This document shows, in pieces, positions 41,213-51,780 of a DNA stretch of 64,000 bases (positions are counted from its first letter, which is position 1; every line of letters starts with the position of its first letter). The position numbers and the translations under genes are program-made. The DNA comes from Pirellulales bacterium (GTDB taxonomy: Bacteria > Planctomycetota > Planctomycetia > Pirellulales > JAEUIK01). The notes under the pieces were generated by a model. It was not told where the DNA came from. It ran no database searches and was given only the letters and a program-made list of their open reading frames with translations. Location of the stretch: assembly GCA_050184475.1 (NCBI GenBank), contig JBFXAH010000011.1, forward strand, positions 75,208 through 139,207, written 5' to 3'.

Positions 41213-43861
41213 TTATCCCTGGGCCGGCGGCCGCTCGCCGGCCGGCTCCGACGGTCGCGAGACCCCGGCCGCGGCCATGTTGCGCGACACTTCCAGATGC
41301 CCGAAATAAGTTTGCGTGATGGCGTTGGAAAGCGCGTTGAGGCAATCGGTGACTTGCGCAACGAGCGCTCCCAACTGAACCCGTTGCCCCTCGGCGTTGG
41401 CCTGGGCCAGCGCCGTCACGTCGGCCAGCCGCAAGGCGGTGAGCGACGCCAGCACCACGCGCTGCTCGGCGCTCCAGCCTGGCTTGGTCAGGTCGCGCGG
41501 CAGGTGATCGACGTCCTCGGCCAGCGCCGCCAATTGGAACGCCACCGAGCGCGGGTTCGTTTCGTCGGCCAACAGCAGATCGATCACCGGCGCCACCTGC
41601 AGCTTTCCCTGGTAGCGGCGGCGATAGGTCATCACGCTATCGGCCACGTCCAGCAAGGCCTCGAGCAATTGACCCTCCTGCTCGGCGACATCGGTCAGAG
41701 CGCTCCCCAACATGCTGACCACCTGCAGGCAACGCTCGAGCTTGCGGCCAATGTCCAGAAACCGCCAGCCGTAGCCGCGGGTGACGCTCTCCATCGCCAG
41801 GCCGCCGAAGGCCGCCAGCGTGAGCACCGTGCGATCCAACAAGGCCAGCTCATCGCCCAGCGCGCGGGTATCGTCGTCGACGCGGCGGCGATTGGCGCGA
41901 ACGCGATCAGCGCCGGCCTGCAACTCGTTGGCTCCCATGCGCGTTTTGTCGAGCTCGACCAACACCCGCGACATATCGACCGAAATGCGGTCGCGCACCA
42001 CGCCCGCCAGCCGTGCCAGCGCGGCCAGCACCGAGACCAGGCTGCCGGGGCGCCGCACGTCGTGGATTACCGACAACAGCTCGGTCTCGGGGTTGACGAC
42101 GCGGGGCTCCGCCGCCTCGGCAACCGCGCCCGGCAGCAATTCGCTTTGCGACGTCACGATCCGCAACAGCGCCGGCAGCTCGGGCACGTCGGCTGGCTGC
42201 TGCGCTTCGGTCAACCGCAAGATCACGCAGCGCAAGAGGCGCGTCAGTCCTTCGGCGCGCTCGGCATAACGCCCCAGCCAGTAGAGATTATCGGCCATGC
42301 GGCTGGGCAGGTCGTGCCCACCCCGCGTCAGCTCGACCGGCGCATCGTCGGGCCGCAGCAAGCTGAACTGGCTGACCGGGCCGGGCGACAACACCCACGT
42401 GTCTTTGCTGCCGCCGCCGCGCTGCATCGACACCACCATCGTCTCGGCCGACGCGCTCACTCGGGTAAGACCGCCGGGCATGACCGTGAACGAATCCTGA
42501 TTGGCCGCCACGTACGCCCGCAGCACGAGATGGCGCGGTTCGAAATGCTCGGGCCCCAGCACCGGCGCGGTCGCCAGCACGATGCGCTGCTGGCCGACGA
42601 ATTGATATGGGTAGGCGCGAATCCGCTCGACCAGGCGTTGACGCTGTTCGGTCGAGAGCTCGCCGCCAAAGACCGGCTCGAGATTCGTCCCCGGCAACGC
42701 CGGCTTGATCACCAGCTCGGCCAGATGTTCGAGCACGAATTTGCGTTCGCTGGTCCCGCCACACCACCAGGTGGGGGCCGACGGCAACTCGAGCTCTTCG
42801 CCCAACAAGTACCGGCACAAGCCCGGCAGGAAGGCCAACAGCGCTGGCGTCTCGAGCAGGCCGCTCCCCAAAGCGTTGGCGACCGCCACGTGCCCTGCGC
42901 GGACCGCCTGCATCAGGCCCGGCACCCCCAGGAAAGAATCGGGCCGCAACTCCAACGGGTCGCAGAAGTCGTCGTCGAGCCGGCGAAAGATCACGTCGAC
43001 CGGCTGCAGGCCGCCGAGCACCTTGAGAAACACCCGGCTGTCGCGCACCGTCAAGTCGTTGCCTTCGACGAGCGTGAAGCCCAGGTACCGCGCCAAGTAG
43101 GCATGCTCGAAATACGTTTCGTTGTATGGCCCCGGCGTGAGCAACACCACGCGCGGGTTTTCGCGCTTCGTCGGCCCGAGGCCGTAAAGCGTCTCGCGCA
43201 AGGTGCGAAAGAATTGGGCCAACCGCTGCACCTGGCAATCGCGAAACACTTCGGGGAGCATCCGCGACAGCACGATGCGATTCTCCAGCGCGTAGCCGGC
43301 CCCCGATGGGCATTGCGTGCGATCGCCGAGCACCCACAAATGGCCATCGGCCGCGCGGCCGATATTCGAGGCAAACAGATGTAGATTACGCCCGCCCGGG
43401 AGCTGCACGCCGTGACACGCCCGCAGAAATGCCGCGTTGCCAAACACCAGTTCGGGCGGGATCAACCCTTCGGTGAGCGTGTATTGCGGGCCGTACAGAT
43501 CGGCCAGGATCGCTTCGAGCAGGCGGCCGCGCTGGATCAGGCCGGACTCGATCTTGCGCGCGTCGTCGGCCGCGATCAGTTGCGGAATCGGATCGAGCCG
43601 CCAAGGCCGATGCATGCCGCGGGCGTCGTCGTAAACGTTGTAGGTGACGCCGTTCTCGCGGATCAGCCGCTGGGCTTCGCTCCAACGATGCCCGAATTGC
43701 GCCCGCCCCAGCTCGCGCAGCGAGCGGAACAACCCTTGCCAATGGGCCCGCGGTTCTCCGTTGGCGTCGAGCGCCTCGTCGAAAGCGCCGCCGGTTGGCG
43801 AATAGTCGAGCCACGTCTGCTCGGCAGACGCAGGTGCCAACCCGGGCGAAGTCAATTCCAT
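41213..43861 (-). CDS. circularly permuted ATP-grasp (type 2) fused to alpha-E domain protein
   Basis: 882 aa. The N-terminal half has the pattern of the CP_ATPgrasp families (GVTYNVYDD...WRLDPIPQLI...VLLTPGPYNETYFEHAYLARYLGFTLVEGNDL...VDVIFRRLDD). The C-terminal half is alpha-E-like (NLYWLGRYAERAEGLTRLLR...). The linkage to two transglutaminase genes is the classic arrangement. Confidence 0.8.
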   Translation of the reverse strand: MELTSPGLAPASAEQTWLDYSPTGGAFDEALDANGEPRAHWQGLFRSLRELGRAQFGHRWSEAQRLIRENGVTYNVYDDARGMHRPWRLDPIPQLIAADDARKIESGLIQRGRLLEAILADLYGPQYTLTEGLIPPELVFGNAAFLRACHGVQLPGGRNLHLFASNIGRAADGHLWVLGDRTQCPSGAGYALENRIVLSRMLPEVFRDCQVQRLAQFFRTLRETLYGLGPTKRENPRVVLLTPGPYNETYFEHAYLARYLGFTLVEGNDLTVRDSRVFLKVLGGLQPVDVIFRRLDDDFCDPLELRPDSFLGVPGLMQAVRAGHVAVANALGSGLLETPALLAFLPGLCRYLLGEELELPSAPTWWCGGTSERKFVLEHLAELVIKPALPGTNLEPVFGGELSTEQRQRLVERIRAYPYQFVGQQRIVLATAPVLGPEHFEPRHLVLRAYVAANQDSFTVMPGGLTRVSASAETMVVSMQRGGGSKDTWVLSPGPVSQFSLLRPDDAPVELTRGGHDLPSRMADNLYWLGRYAERAEGLTRLLRCVILRLTEAQQPADVPELPALLRIVTSQSELLPGAVAEAAEPRVVNPETELLSVIHDVRRPGSLVSVLAALARLAGVVRDRISVDMSRVLVELDKTRMGANELQAGADRVRANRRRVDDDTRALGDELALLDRTVLTLAAFGGLAMESVTRGYGWRFLDIGRKLERCLQVVSMLGSALTDVAEQEGQLLEALLDVADSVMTYRRRYQGKLQVAPVIDLLLADETNPRSVAFQLAALAEDVDHLPRDLTKPGWSAEQRVVLASLTALRLADVTALAQANAEGQRVQLGALVAQVTDCLNALSNAITQTYFGHLEVSRNMAAAGVSRPSEPAGERPPAQG

Positions 43862-43903
43862 GGTCCGCGGTCGCCGCCTGAGAGAGATATAGCGCTGGTG
43901 GTT

Positions 43904-46900
43904 TTAGCGCTGCGCGGAGAACTCCGCTTCTGGTTGTACTATACCAAAATGCTCGACTCGCGCGAGCGAGGGGTCGCTGCCGGTATGCGGCTTCGGATGT
44001 TCCGCAGCGCGCGGGGCGACGACCGGTTGCCGCAAATCGAGCGTCAGCGCGAACTCGCCGCGGCGCGGCTCGGCGACGACCGACTGCCGCCCCGGCGTGT
44101 GACCGAAGCGAATGAAGCGATTGTAGCGGCGGCTCTCTGCCTCACGCGAGTTGACCGGCAGCACTTCGTACGCCATCCCGCCCGGATGCGCCACGTGATA
44201 CTGGCAGCCGCCGATCGATCGGTTGTTCCAGGTGTCGTAGATATCGAAGACCAGCGGAGCATCGATGCCGATCGTCGGATGCAAACACGACGGCGGACAC
44301 CACGCGCGATACCGCACGCCGGCCACGAATTCGCCCACCGTGCCGGTCGGGTGCAGCGGCACCGGGCGACCGTTGCACGTCACCACGTGGCGGGTATCGA
44401 CCAGGCCGCGGACCTTCACCTGCAGGCGCTCGACCGACGAATCGACGTACCGCGCCGTGCCGGCGCCGGTGGCCTCTTCACCCAACACGTGCCACGGTTC
44501 GATCGCCTGCCGCAGTTCGAGCTCCACCCCTTGCTGAGCGATGCTCCCCAACCAGGGAAAGCGGAACTCCACGTGCGGGGCAAACCAACTGCGCTCCAGC
44601 GGGTAGCCGGCCGCGCGCATCTCGTAGAGCAGGTCGTCGAGATCTTGCTCGACAAAGTGGGGCAGCATGAAGCGGTCGTGCAAGTCGGTCCCCCAACGCA
44701 CCAGCCGCTTGTCGTAACCGGCCTTCCAGAAGCGGGCCACAAGAGCGCGAATGAGCAATTGCTGCACCAGGCTCATCCGTGCGTGCGGAGGCATCTCGAA
44801 AGCACGCAGCTCGACCAGCCCACGCCGGCCGTCGGCCGAGTCGGGCGAAAACAGCTTGTCGATGCAGAACTCGGCCCGGTGCGTATTGCCGGTCACGTCG
44901 ACCAGCAAATTGCGCAGCACCCGGTCGACGATCCAGGGCGGGCAGTTGCCCCGCTGCGGCAATTCGGTAAAGGCCAGCTCCATTTCGTAGAGGGCGTCGT
45001 TGCGGGCCTCGTCGACGCGCGGCGCCTGGCTCGTCGGCCCCACGAACAGCGACGAGAACAAGTACGACAGCGACGGATGATTGTGCCAGCAGCCCACCAG
45101 GCTGCGGAGCAGGTCGGGGCGCCGCAGAACCGGGCTCAGCGAGGGACTCGGTCCGCCCAGCACAATGTGATTGCCGCCGCCGGTGCCGGTGTGACGGCCG
45201 TCGAGCATGAACTTCTCGGTGCTCAGCCGCGACAGCCGGGCTTCTTCGTAAAGCGCCGTCGTGTTGTGGACTAGCTCGCGCCAGTTGTGCGCCGGGTGAA
45301 CGTTCACCTCAATCACGCCGGGGTCGGGCGTGATCTGCAAGTGATTGAGACGATGATCGCTGGGGGGCTTGTAGCCTTCGATGAGCACCGGCATTTCGAG
45401 CTCGGCGGCGGTCGCCTCGATGGCCGCCACCAGATCGAGATAATCTTCCAGGCGGTCGACCGGCGGCATGAAGACGTGCAACCGCCCTTCCCGAGGTTCG
45501 ATGCACATTGCCGTGCGCACGATGCTCGCCGGTAACCGCGGCGGCGGCGCGCCATTGGCGCCGTTGAGCGACGCCGCGTGGCGCGCCCCCGGCGTAATCC
45601 CCGCGATCTGTGGATGGCGATCGTAACCTGGCCGCGGCGGCAGCGGTCCGCGCGGCGCGAAGGGGTCGGGCTCCAATAGCGGTTGCCGGTCCGTAGGCGC
45701 TTCCCAGGGGAGTGAGTCGAGCGGCAGCCGGAAACCCATCGGCGAATCGCCGGGAATCAGAAACACGTGCTCGCGGCGCAGCAGCCATTGGCCGCTTTCC
45801 CACCGCGGCATGCCGGCGTAGTACTGACGCCGCAGCGGCAGCACATAGCCCACGACGTGATCGAGCCCTTGCTCGAAAACGCGGGCCAACCGCTTGCGCT
45901 CCTCGGGCTCGTCGAGCTTGCTTTGCAGCGGATCGACGTTCGAGGGCAAGCGCCGCTCGCGCCACAGGTAGTACCAGACATCTTCGTAACCGGGCAGACA
46001 GTAGTCGGGGTCGACCCCCAACCGCTCGGCCAGCGAAATGGCGAATTGCTGCGCGCAGGGGCTGTCGTGGCCGTAGTCGGCGTCGAGATCGCCGACCAGC
46101 GCCGGATCTTCCCAAAGCGGCACGCCGTCGCGTCGCCAATAGCATCCGTAAACCCAACGCGGCAACGACTCGCCGGGATACCATTTGCCTTGGCCGTAGT
46201 GCAACAAGGCGCCCGGCGCGAAGCGATCGCGCAACCGCTTCGAGAGCACGCCGGCCAGTCGCGTCTTGCCCGGGCCCATGGCGTCGAAATTCCATTCGGG
46301 CGAATCGCGGTCGTCGATCGACACGAAAGTCGGCTCGCCCCCCATCGTCAAATGGACGTCGCTTTGCCGCAACTCTTCGTCGATGCGAATGCCCAAGGCG
46401 TCGATTTCCCGCCATTGAGCTTCGGTGTACGGAAGGGTGACGCGGGGCGTTTCGAGCACGCGCGCCAGCGACATCTGAAAGTCGAACGTCTCGCCGACCT
46501 TTTCGTCCTGCCCGTTGAGGCCGCTACGAATCCAGTGGTAGCTTCCCGTGATCGGCGCCGCGGTGATCGGGTGGGCGGCGCAGGCCAGGGGGATATGCCC
46601 TTCGCCGGCCACCAGGCCCGAGGTCGCGTCGAAGCCCACCCAACCGGCGCCCGGCAGATAGACTTCGGTCCAGGCGTGCAAGTCGGTGAAGTCCTGCTCG
46701 GGGCCCGACGGGCCATCGAGCGATTTCTCGTCGGCCGTCAATTGAATCAAGTAGCCCGACACGAAGCGAGCCGCGAAGCCCAACTGCCGGAGCAATTGCA
46801 CGAAGACCCAGGCCGTGTCGCGGCACGAGCCGCTGGCCCGCTCGAGCGTTTCTTCGCACGTTTGCACGCCGGGCTCGAGCCGAATGCCATACTCGATCGA

Positions 46901-47362
46901 CTGCTGCAAGTGGCGGTTGAGGTCGACCAAGAAGTCGATCGTGCGGAGATCGTGCCGCCGCAAGCTGGCGGCCAGTTCCGCAAGCCGCGGCCCGGCCGGT
47001 TCGCACTCGCGGTACGGCGTCAGTTCGCCAGCCAGCGCCGGCTCGTAGACGAACGGGTAGGTCTCCGCCTCGGGCGCGATGAAGAAGTCGAACGGGTTGA
47101 TCGAGACCATCTCGGCCACGAGGTCGACCGTGATCTTCAATTCGCGGGCCGGCTCCGGAAACACGATCCGCGCCTGGTAGTTGTTGTACGGATCTTGCTG
47201 CCAGTTGAGAAAGTGCGGCTCAGGCTCGACGCGCAACGAATAGCTCACGATCGGCGTGCGGCAATGCGGCGCAGGTCGCAGCCGGATCACGTGCGGATCG
47301 AAAATCACGGTGCGGTCGTACCGGTAGCTCGTCGTGTGATTGAGGGCAACCCGGATCGGCAT
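43904..47362 (-). CDS. large transglutaminase-family protein with DUF2126 C-terminal region
   Basis: 1152 aa. MPIRVALNHTTSYRYDRTV (Bact_transglu_N). GSCRDTAWVFVQLLRQLGFAARFVSGY...DLHAWTEVYLPGAGWVGFDATS (transglutaminase core). The long conserved C-terminal part is typical of DUF2126 proteins. Confidence 0.8.
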   Translation of the reverse strand: MPIRVALNHTTSYRYDRTVIFDPHVIRLRPAPHCRTPIVSYSLRVEPEPHFLNWQQDPYNNYQARIVFPEPARELKITVDLVAEMVSINPFDFFIAPEAETYPFVYEPALAGELTPYRECEPAGPRLAELAASLRRHDLRTIDFLVDLNRHLQQSIEYGIRLEPGVQTCEETLERASGSCRDTAWVFVQLLRQLGFAARFVSGYLIQLTADEKSLDGPSGPEQDFTDLHAWTEVYLPGAGWVGFDATSGLVAGEGHIPLACAAHPITAAPITGSYHWIRSGLNGQDEKVGETFDFQMSLARVLETPRVTLPYTEAQWREIDALGIRIDEELRQSDVHLTMGGEPTFVSIDDRDSPEWNFDAMGPGKTRLAGVLSKRLRDRFAPGALLHYGQGKWYPGESLPRWVYGCYWRRDGVPLWEDPALVGDLDADYGHDSPCAQQFAISLAERLGVDPDYCLPGYEDVWYYLWRERRLPSNVDPLQSKLDEPEERKRLARVFEQGLDHVVGYVLPLRRQYYAGMPRWESGQWLLRREHVFLIPGDSPMGFRLPLDSLPWEAPTDRQPLLEPDPFAPRGPLPPRPGYDRHPQIAGITPGARHAASLNGANGAPPPRLPASIVRTAMCIEPREGRLHVFMPPVDRLEDYLDLVAAIEATAAELEMPVLIEGYKPPSDHRLNHLQITPDPGVIEVNVHPAHNWRELVHNTTALYEEARLSRLSTEKFMLDGRHTGTGGGNHIVLGGPSPSLSPVLRRPDLLRSLVGCWHNHPSLSYLFSSLFVGPTSQAPRVDEARNDALYEMELAFTELPQRGNCPPWIVDRVLRNLLVDVTGNTHRAEFCIDKLFSPDSADGRRGLVELRAFEMPPHARMSLVQQLLIRALVARFWKAGYDKRLVRWGTDLHDRFMLPHFVEQDLDDLLYEMRAAGYPLERSWFAPHVEFRFPWLGSIAQQGVELELRQAIEPWHVLGEEATGAGTARYVDSSVERLQVKVRGLVDTRHVVTCNGRPVPLHPTGTVGEFVAGVRYRAWCPPSCLHPTIGIDAPLVFDIYDTWNNRSIGGCQYHVAHPGGMAYEVLPVNSREAESRRYNRFIRFGHTPGRQSVVAEPRRGEFALTLDLRQPVVAPRAAEHPKPHTGSDPSLARVEHFGIVQPEAEFSAQR

Positions 47363-47520
47363 CGGTTAGTCTCTTGGCTGCGAATTCCGCCACGGCGAAA
47401 TTCAGACGCGACTCAAACCACGGCGACGGTGGGCCGGCGAGTCGTGTCACCCGTCTGATGGCAAAACGTAACTCTAGGTCGCGACAGGCCGGCCCGGCCC
47501 GGCTGCCGCCACCGGCACTC

Positions 47521-50391
47521 TTAGCCGGTGTTCTTCAGTCCGGCCGCGATGCCGTTGATGCTCTCGAGCACCGCGGCCAGCAGCCCGGGATCGGTTTCGG
47601 CCTCGGGATCGGCCGCGGCGGTCCGCAGCCGGCCCAACAACACCAACTGAATGAAGCTCAACGCGTCGACGTACGGATTGCGCAACTGAATCGAACGCTT
47701 CAGCACCGGCATTTTGTCCAGCAGCTCGGCCTCGCCGGTGATCAGCATGATCGCCTCGACCGTGCGACGGTATTCGGCGGCGATCCGATCGTAGACGCGG
47801 CCCGCCAACTCCTGATCGGGGACAAGATCGGCGTACAACCTGGCGATCGTCAGGTCGGCTTTCGCCAGGATCATCTGAGCATTGTCGATCAGCGTTCGCC
47901 AGAAGGGCCAGCGCTCGTACATCGCGACCAGCGTCTCCCGCTCCTCGGGCTGCTCATCGAGAAAGTCGAATACGGCGCTGCCGAACCCGTACCAGCCGGG
48001 CAACGTGTGCCGGCTTTGCATCCAACTGAACACCCAGGGAATCGCCCGCAGTTGCTCGATACTGGTATACGGCTGGCCGGCCCCCTGGCCGCGACGCGGC
48101 GGGCGCGACGCGATCTTGAGCTGCCCGATCTCGGCGATCGGCGTGGCCTCGGCAAAGTAAGTGAGAAACTCCGGCGTCTCGTACACCAGTTCGCGATATT
48201 GCTGCCCGGCGCGCTCGGCGAGCCGCTCGATCAAGCGCTCCCATTCAGGAGGGGGCGGATCGGCGTCGATCCCGAAGCTGCTCCGCAACACGGCGTTGAT
48301 GATCTGATCGAGATGCCGTTCGGCGACCCCCGGCGACCCATAGCGGTCGGCGATCATCTCCCCCTGCTCGGTGAACCGCAGACGGCCGGCGACCGTCCCC
48401 GCCGGCTGGCCGAGAATCGCGCGGTTGGCCGGACCGCCGCCGCGGCCGATCGCGCCGCCGCGGCCATGAAACAACTGAATCGTGATCCCCATCCGGCGGC
48501 CGGTATCGACCAGCGCCCGCTGCGCCTGATAGAGCGCCCACGCCGATTGCAGGAAGCCGGCGTCTTTGTTGCTGTCCGAGTAGCCGAGCATCACTTCCTG
48601 CAAGTTGCCGCGCAGCTTCAGATGCTCGCGATAGATCGGCAAGTGGAACAACCGCTGCACGATCGTCGACCCGTGCCGGAGCGGGTCGAGCGCCTCGAAC
48701 AACGGGATCACGTTCAGCCGGCTGACTCCCTCGCTCGGCCGGAACAACCGCGCCTCGCGAGCCAACAACAGCACTGTCAGCACGTCGGCCGGCTCGGTCG
48801 CTCCGCTGATGATGTAGTTTTTGATCGCCTCGGGGCATTGCTGCTCAAGCACCGCCGCCACGGTGCGGAACGTCTGCACCACCTCGCGAGTCTCCGCCGA
48901 GAAGGGGAGATGCACCGGCACCAGCGGCCGCGTCGCCGCCAACTCGTCGACCAGCAACTCGAAGCGCTCGTTGGCCGGAAGCTTCTGATAGTCCTGGCAA
49001 ACCCCCGCCCAGGCGAAGATCTCCTCGAGCGCGCGGCGCAACCGGCCGCTGTGCTCGCGAATGTCGAGCGTGAACATGTGCAGGCCGAAGGTGTCGACCA
49101 GCCGGCGCAAATCGTGCAGCAACCCTCCGGCCGAAGCTTCGGCGCCATCCTTGCGCAGTTCGGCATCCATGGCGTCGAGATCGGCCAGCAAGTCGGCGCG
49201 GCGCAGATAAACGGCCGCCGGCGCGCGGCGCTCGTCGGCCGTCCATTGCGGCTCTTGTTCGCGAACGTAACTCAACGTCCGCCGTAACCGCCCAGCGATC
49301 GCCTGGCACATCGAGCGGAAAGGTTCGTGATCGTCTCCCGAGGGTAATTCGGGGAGCAAGTCTTGATTGCGGTCCAGCGCGGCACGGAACTCGTCAGAGA
49401 TTGGCAGCACCAAGCTCGAATGACTCAATCGCCGCCCCAGCTCGTCGATCTTGGCGAGATACTGCTTGAGGATCGTCTCTTGCTGCAGCTTGATCGTGGC
49501 GGCCGTCACCTGGTGCGTGACGTTCGGGTTGCCGTCGCGATCGCCGCCGGTCCACGAGCCGAACCGCAGGAAGCTGGCCACCGGCACCGTCTGGCCGTCG
49601 GCCATGCGGCGCAGATAGGTCTCCAACTCGCGATAGATGTGCGGCGCCACGTCCCACAGGCAGGCGACCATGCTGAGCCCTTGCCGCACTTCGTCGAGCA
49701 CCGTCGGCCGCTTCGAGCGCACCAGCTCCGAGAGCCAGAGCCCTTCGACCTCCTCGTGAATCGCCACCACGGCCGCTTCCTGCTCGCGGGGGAGCAGTTC
49801 GCGGTATTCGAGCCGATCGAGCTGCCGCGCGATGACGTCGAGCTTTTCCAACAGCGTGCGCCGGCGCGCCTCGCTCGGGTGCGCCGTGAACACCGGCGCC
49901 ACCAGCGCGTGCTCTAACAGTTCCGCGATCTGCTGGGCCGACACGCCGCTTTGCCCCAATTGTTCGAGCGCGGCTTCGAGACTTTCGGGCAAGGCCCGTT
50001 GCTGCTGGGCGCGCCATCGCAAGGTGCGCAAGCGGGCCCGCTGCTCGGCCAGATTCGTTAGATCGAAGTAGATGCTGAAGGCCCGCGTCAGCGTGCGCAG
50101 CGCCGGCAGCTCGAGCTGCCCCAGGCGATCGCGCAAGCGGCGGGCGTCGTCGAGCGATGGCTGCTGGCGAATGTCTTTCGTGGCGGCGCGCACCTCTTCG
50201 ACGAGCGCCAGCGCCGGCGCGCCGGCCAGACGCCCGATGGTTTCGCCCAGCAGGTCGCCCAACAGGTGGATATCGGCGCTTAGGGCGCGCTGAATGGCTT
50301 CCGTCTCGGCCGCGCCCTCGGCGGGCGGCGCAGCGTGTGGATCGGTGGACATGACGGCTTTATCGTGCAGTTCAAGCGCGGACAACGTCAA
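47521..50391 (-). CDS. ppc: phosphoenolpyruvate carboxylase
   Basis: VFTAHPSEARRRT, GYSDSNKDAG, FHGRGGAIGRGGGP and the C-terminal LKNTG are all hallmark PEPC motifs. Confidence 0.95.
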   Translation of the reverse strand: MTLSALELHDKAVMSTDPHAAPPAEGAAETEAIQRALSADIHLLGDLLGETIGRLAGAPALALVEEVRAATKDIRQQPSLDDARRLRDRLGQLELPALRTLTRAFSIYFDLTNLAEQRARLRTLRWRAQQQRALPESLEAALEQLGQSGVSAQQIAELLEHALVAPVFTAHPSEARRRTLLEKLDVIARQLDRLEYRELLPREQEAAVVAIHEEVEGLWLSELVRSKRPTVLDEVRQGLSMVACLWDVAPHIYRELETYLRRMADGQTVPVASFLRFGSWTGGDRDGNPNVTHQVTAATIKLQQETILKQYLAKIDELGRRLSHSSLVLPISDEFRAALDRNQDLLPELPSGDDHEPFRSMCQAIAGRLRRTLSYVREQEPQWTADERRAPAAVYLRRADLLADLDAMDAELRKDGAEASAGGLLHDLRRLVDTFGLHMFTLDIREHSGRLRRALEEIFAWAGVCQDYQKLPANERFELLVDELAATRPLVPVHLPFSAETREVVQTFRTVAAVLEQQCPEAIKNYIISGATEPADVLTVLLLAREARLFRPSEGVSRLNVIPLFEALDPLRHGSTIVQRLFHLPIYREHLKLRGNLQEVMLGYSDSNKDAGFLQSAWALYQAQRALVDTGRRMGITIQLFHGRGGAIGRGGGPANRAILGQPAGTVAGRLRFTEQGEMIADRYGSPGVAERHLDQIINAVLRSSFGIDADPPPPEWERLIERLAERAGQQYRELVYETPEFLTYFAEATPIAEIGQLKIASRPPRRGQGAGQPYTSIEQLRAIPWVFSWMQSRHTLPGWYGFGSAVFDFLDEQPEERETLVAMYERWPFWRTLIDNAQMILAKADLTIARLYADLVPDQELAGRVYDRIAAEYRRTVEAIMLITGEAELLDKMPVLKRSIQLRNPYVDALSFIQLVLLGRLRTAAADPEAETDPGLLAAVLESINGIAAGLKNTG

Positions 50392-50400
50392 CCCCTCGGC

Positions 50401-51780
50401 TCATTCCAGAAAGCAGATGCGCTTGTTGATGTCGACGTTGATCGAGCGATACGACTGGGTGAGATTGCCCGAGTGGAACAACTGCGTCCGCACATAGTCC
50501 ACATCGTCCATCCCGATGGCGTTGTTGAAGATCGGCGCCAGATAACTGACGCCAACCTGCGACAATTGCAGGGCTTCTCGGTCGTAGAACGACGGGTGCA
50601 CCTGCCGTGCGTGGATCAATCCATACCGGTCGCGAAAATCGTTGGCATTGACCCCGTCGATGTAGAAGCCGCGCTCGCGATTCCACTGCAAAACCGCCAC
50701 GCCGTTGGCGTGCCCCTCGGTCAGCAGATCGACCGCGTGACCCCCCAATTGCAACCCGTAGAACCGGTCGAAGTAGATCGGCCGACCCCCCCGCTGGGTG
50801 TGCCCCACCTTGCGGGTGAAGATCGCCGCCCGCGCCGATTCGTTGCGCCGCTTGGTCGTGAAGTAGCTGTCTCCCAACCGTTCGATCAGCAGTTGCCGCA
50901 CGGCTTCGGCCGCGCCCGAAAGAACCTTGTTGCCCGCCGGATCGGTCGAGGCCACCTCCGAGCCCAGCTCGCGTCCGCTCTCGTCGACGATCCCTTCGCC
51001 GCAGACGATCACCACGTTCTTTTGCAGGTCGTACACGTCGAGCACCCGTTCGACCAGCCGTTCGACGTTCAGCGGCGCCTCGGGCAACAGGACGATGTCG
51101 GGCTGTCCGTAAGCGGCGCCCATCGACAGGTAGCCGGAGTGCCGACCCATCACTTCGATGATCGCAATCCGGCGATGACTTTCGGCCGTGGTCCGAATGC
51201 GCTCCACGCCGCTGGCCGACACGTATACCGCCGTGGCAAAGCCCGGCGTCACGTAATTGACCATGTGCTCCAGGTCGAACCGCCCGCGGGCCGGTCCGCG
51301 CACATAGCGGTAGCCGGGAGCGGCGTCGCACGTTTCGCGAACCCACTCGTCGGGCTCTTGCCGATAGTTGAGCCCCAAGTCGTTGTCGATCGTCTTGGGA
51401 GCCAGCACCGTGGGCAGATACTCGGAAAGGGCCTGCATGCCGTTGAGCGTGCCGTCGCCGCCGATACAGATCAGCCCTTCGACCTTCAAGCGCCGCAGCC
51501 GATCGACAACTTCGGCCAGCATCGCCTTGTCGTTCGGGTCGACGTAGTCGCGCGAGGCCCCGATCAGCGTGCCGCCGCGCATGGCGTCGAGCTCCGGGAT
51601 CGGGCTGAACAGCGGGTTGAGCTTGACGTGCGGAACCCGCGGGTTGAACAAGCTGCTGAAGCCCTTGATGAACCCCAACACCTCGATGCGCCGCTGGCTG
51701 GCGCGCAAGGCCGCCCCCTGCAGCGTGGCGTTGAGGGCCGGGGTGTCTCCCCCCGCGGTGAGGATGCCGATGCGGTTCAT
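50401..51780 (-). CDS. pfk: 6-phosphofructokinase (long form; phosphoryl donor ATP or PPi not resolved)
   Basis: ORF trimmed to the ATG at 51780 (MNRIGILTAGGDTPALNA). CIGGDGTLNG, PKTIDNDL and GRHSGYL motifs. Confidence 0.9.
   Translation of the reverse strand: MNRIGILTAGGDTPALNATLQGAALRASQRRIEVLGFIKGFSSLFNPRVPHVKLNPLFSPIPELDAMRGGTLIGASRDYVDPNDKAMLAEVVDRLRRLKVEGLICIGGDGTLNGMQALSEYLPTVLAPKTIDNDLGLNYRQEPDEWVRETCDAAPGYRYVRGPARGRFDLEHMVNYVTPGFATAVYVSASGVERIRTTAESHRRIAIIEVMGRHSGYLSMGAAYGQPDIVLLPEAPLNVERLVERVLDVYDLQKNVVIVCGEGIVDESGRELGSEVASTDPAGNKVLSGAAEAVRQLLIERLGDSYFTTKRRNESARAAIFTRKVGHTQRGGRPIYFDRFYGLQLGGHAVDLLTEGHANGVAVLQWNRERGFYIDGVNANDFRDRYGLIHARQVHPSFYDREALQLSQVGVSYLAPIFNNAIGMDDVDYVRTQLFHSGNLTQSYRSINVDINKRICFLE

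Noticed and set aside
40970-49287. Very long ORFs antisense to the transglutaminase/ATP-grasp/DUF2126/ppc genes (804, 620, 563 and 637 aa on the plus strand).
   Set aside because: Their translations are Arg/Gly/Ala/Pro/His/Gln-rich low-complexity strings with no recognisable motifs. The opposite strand encodes proteins with clear family hallmarks. Long stop-free antisense frames are expected in a genome of about 70% GC.
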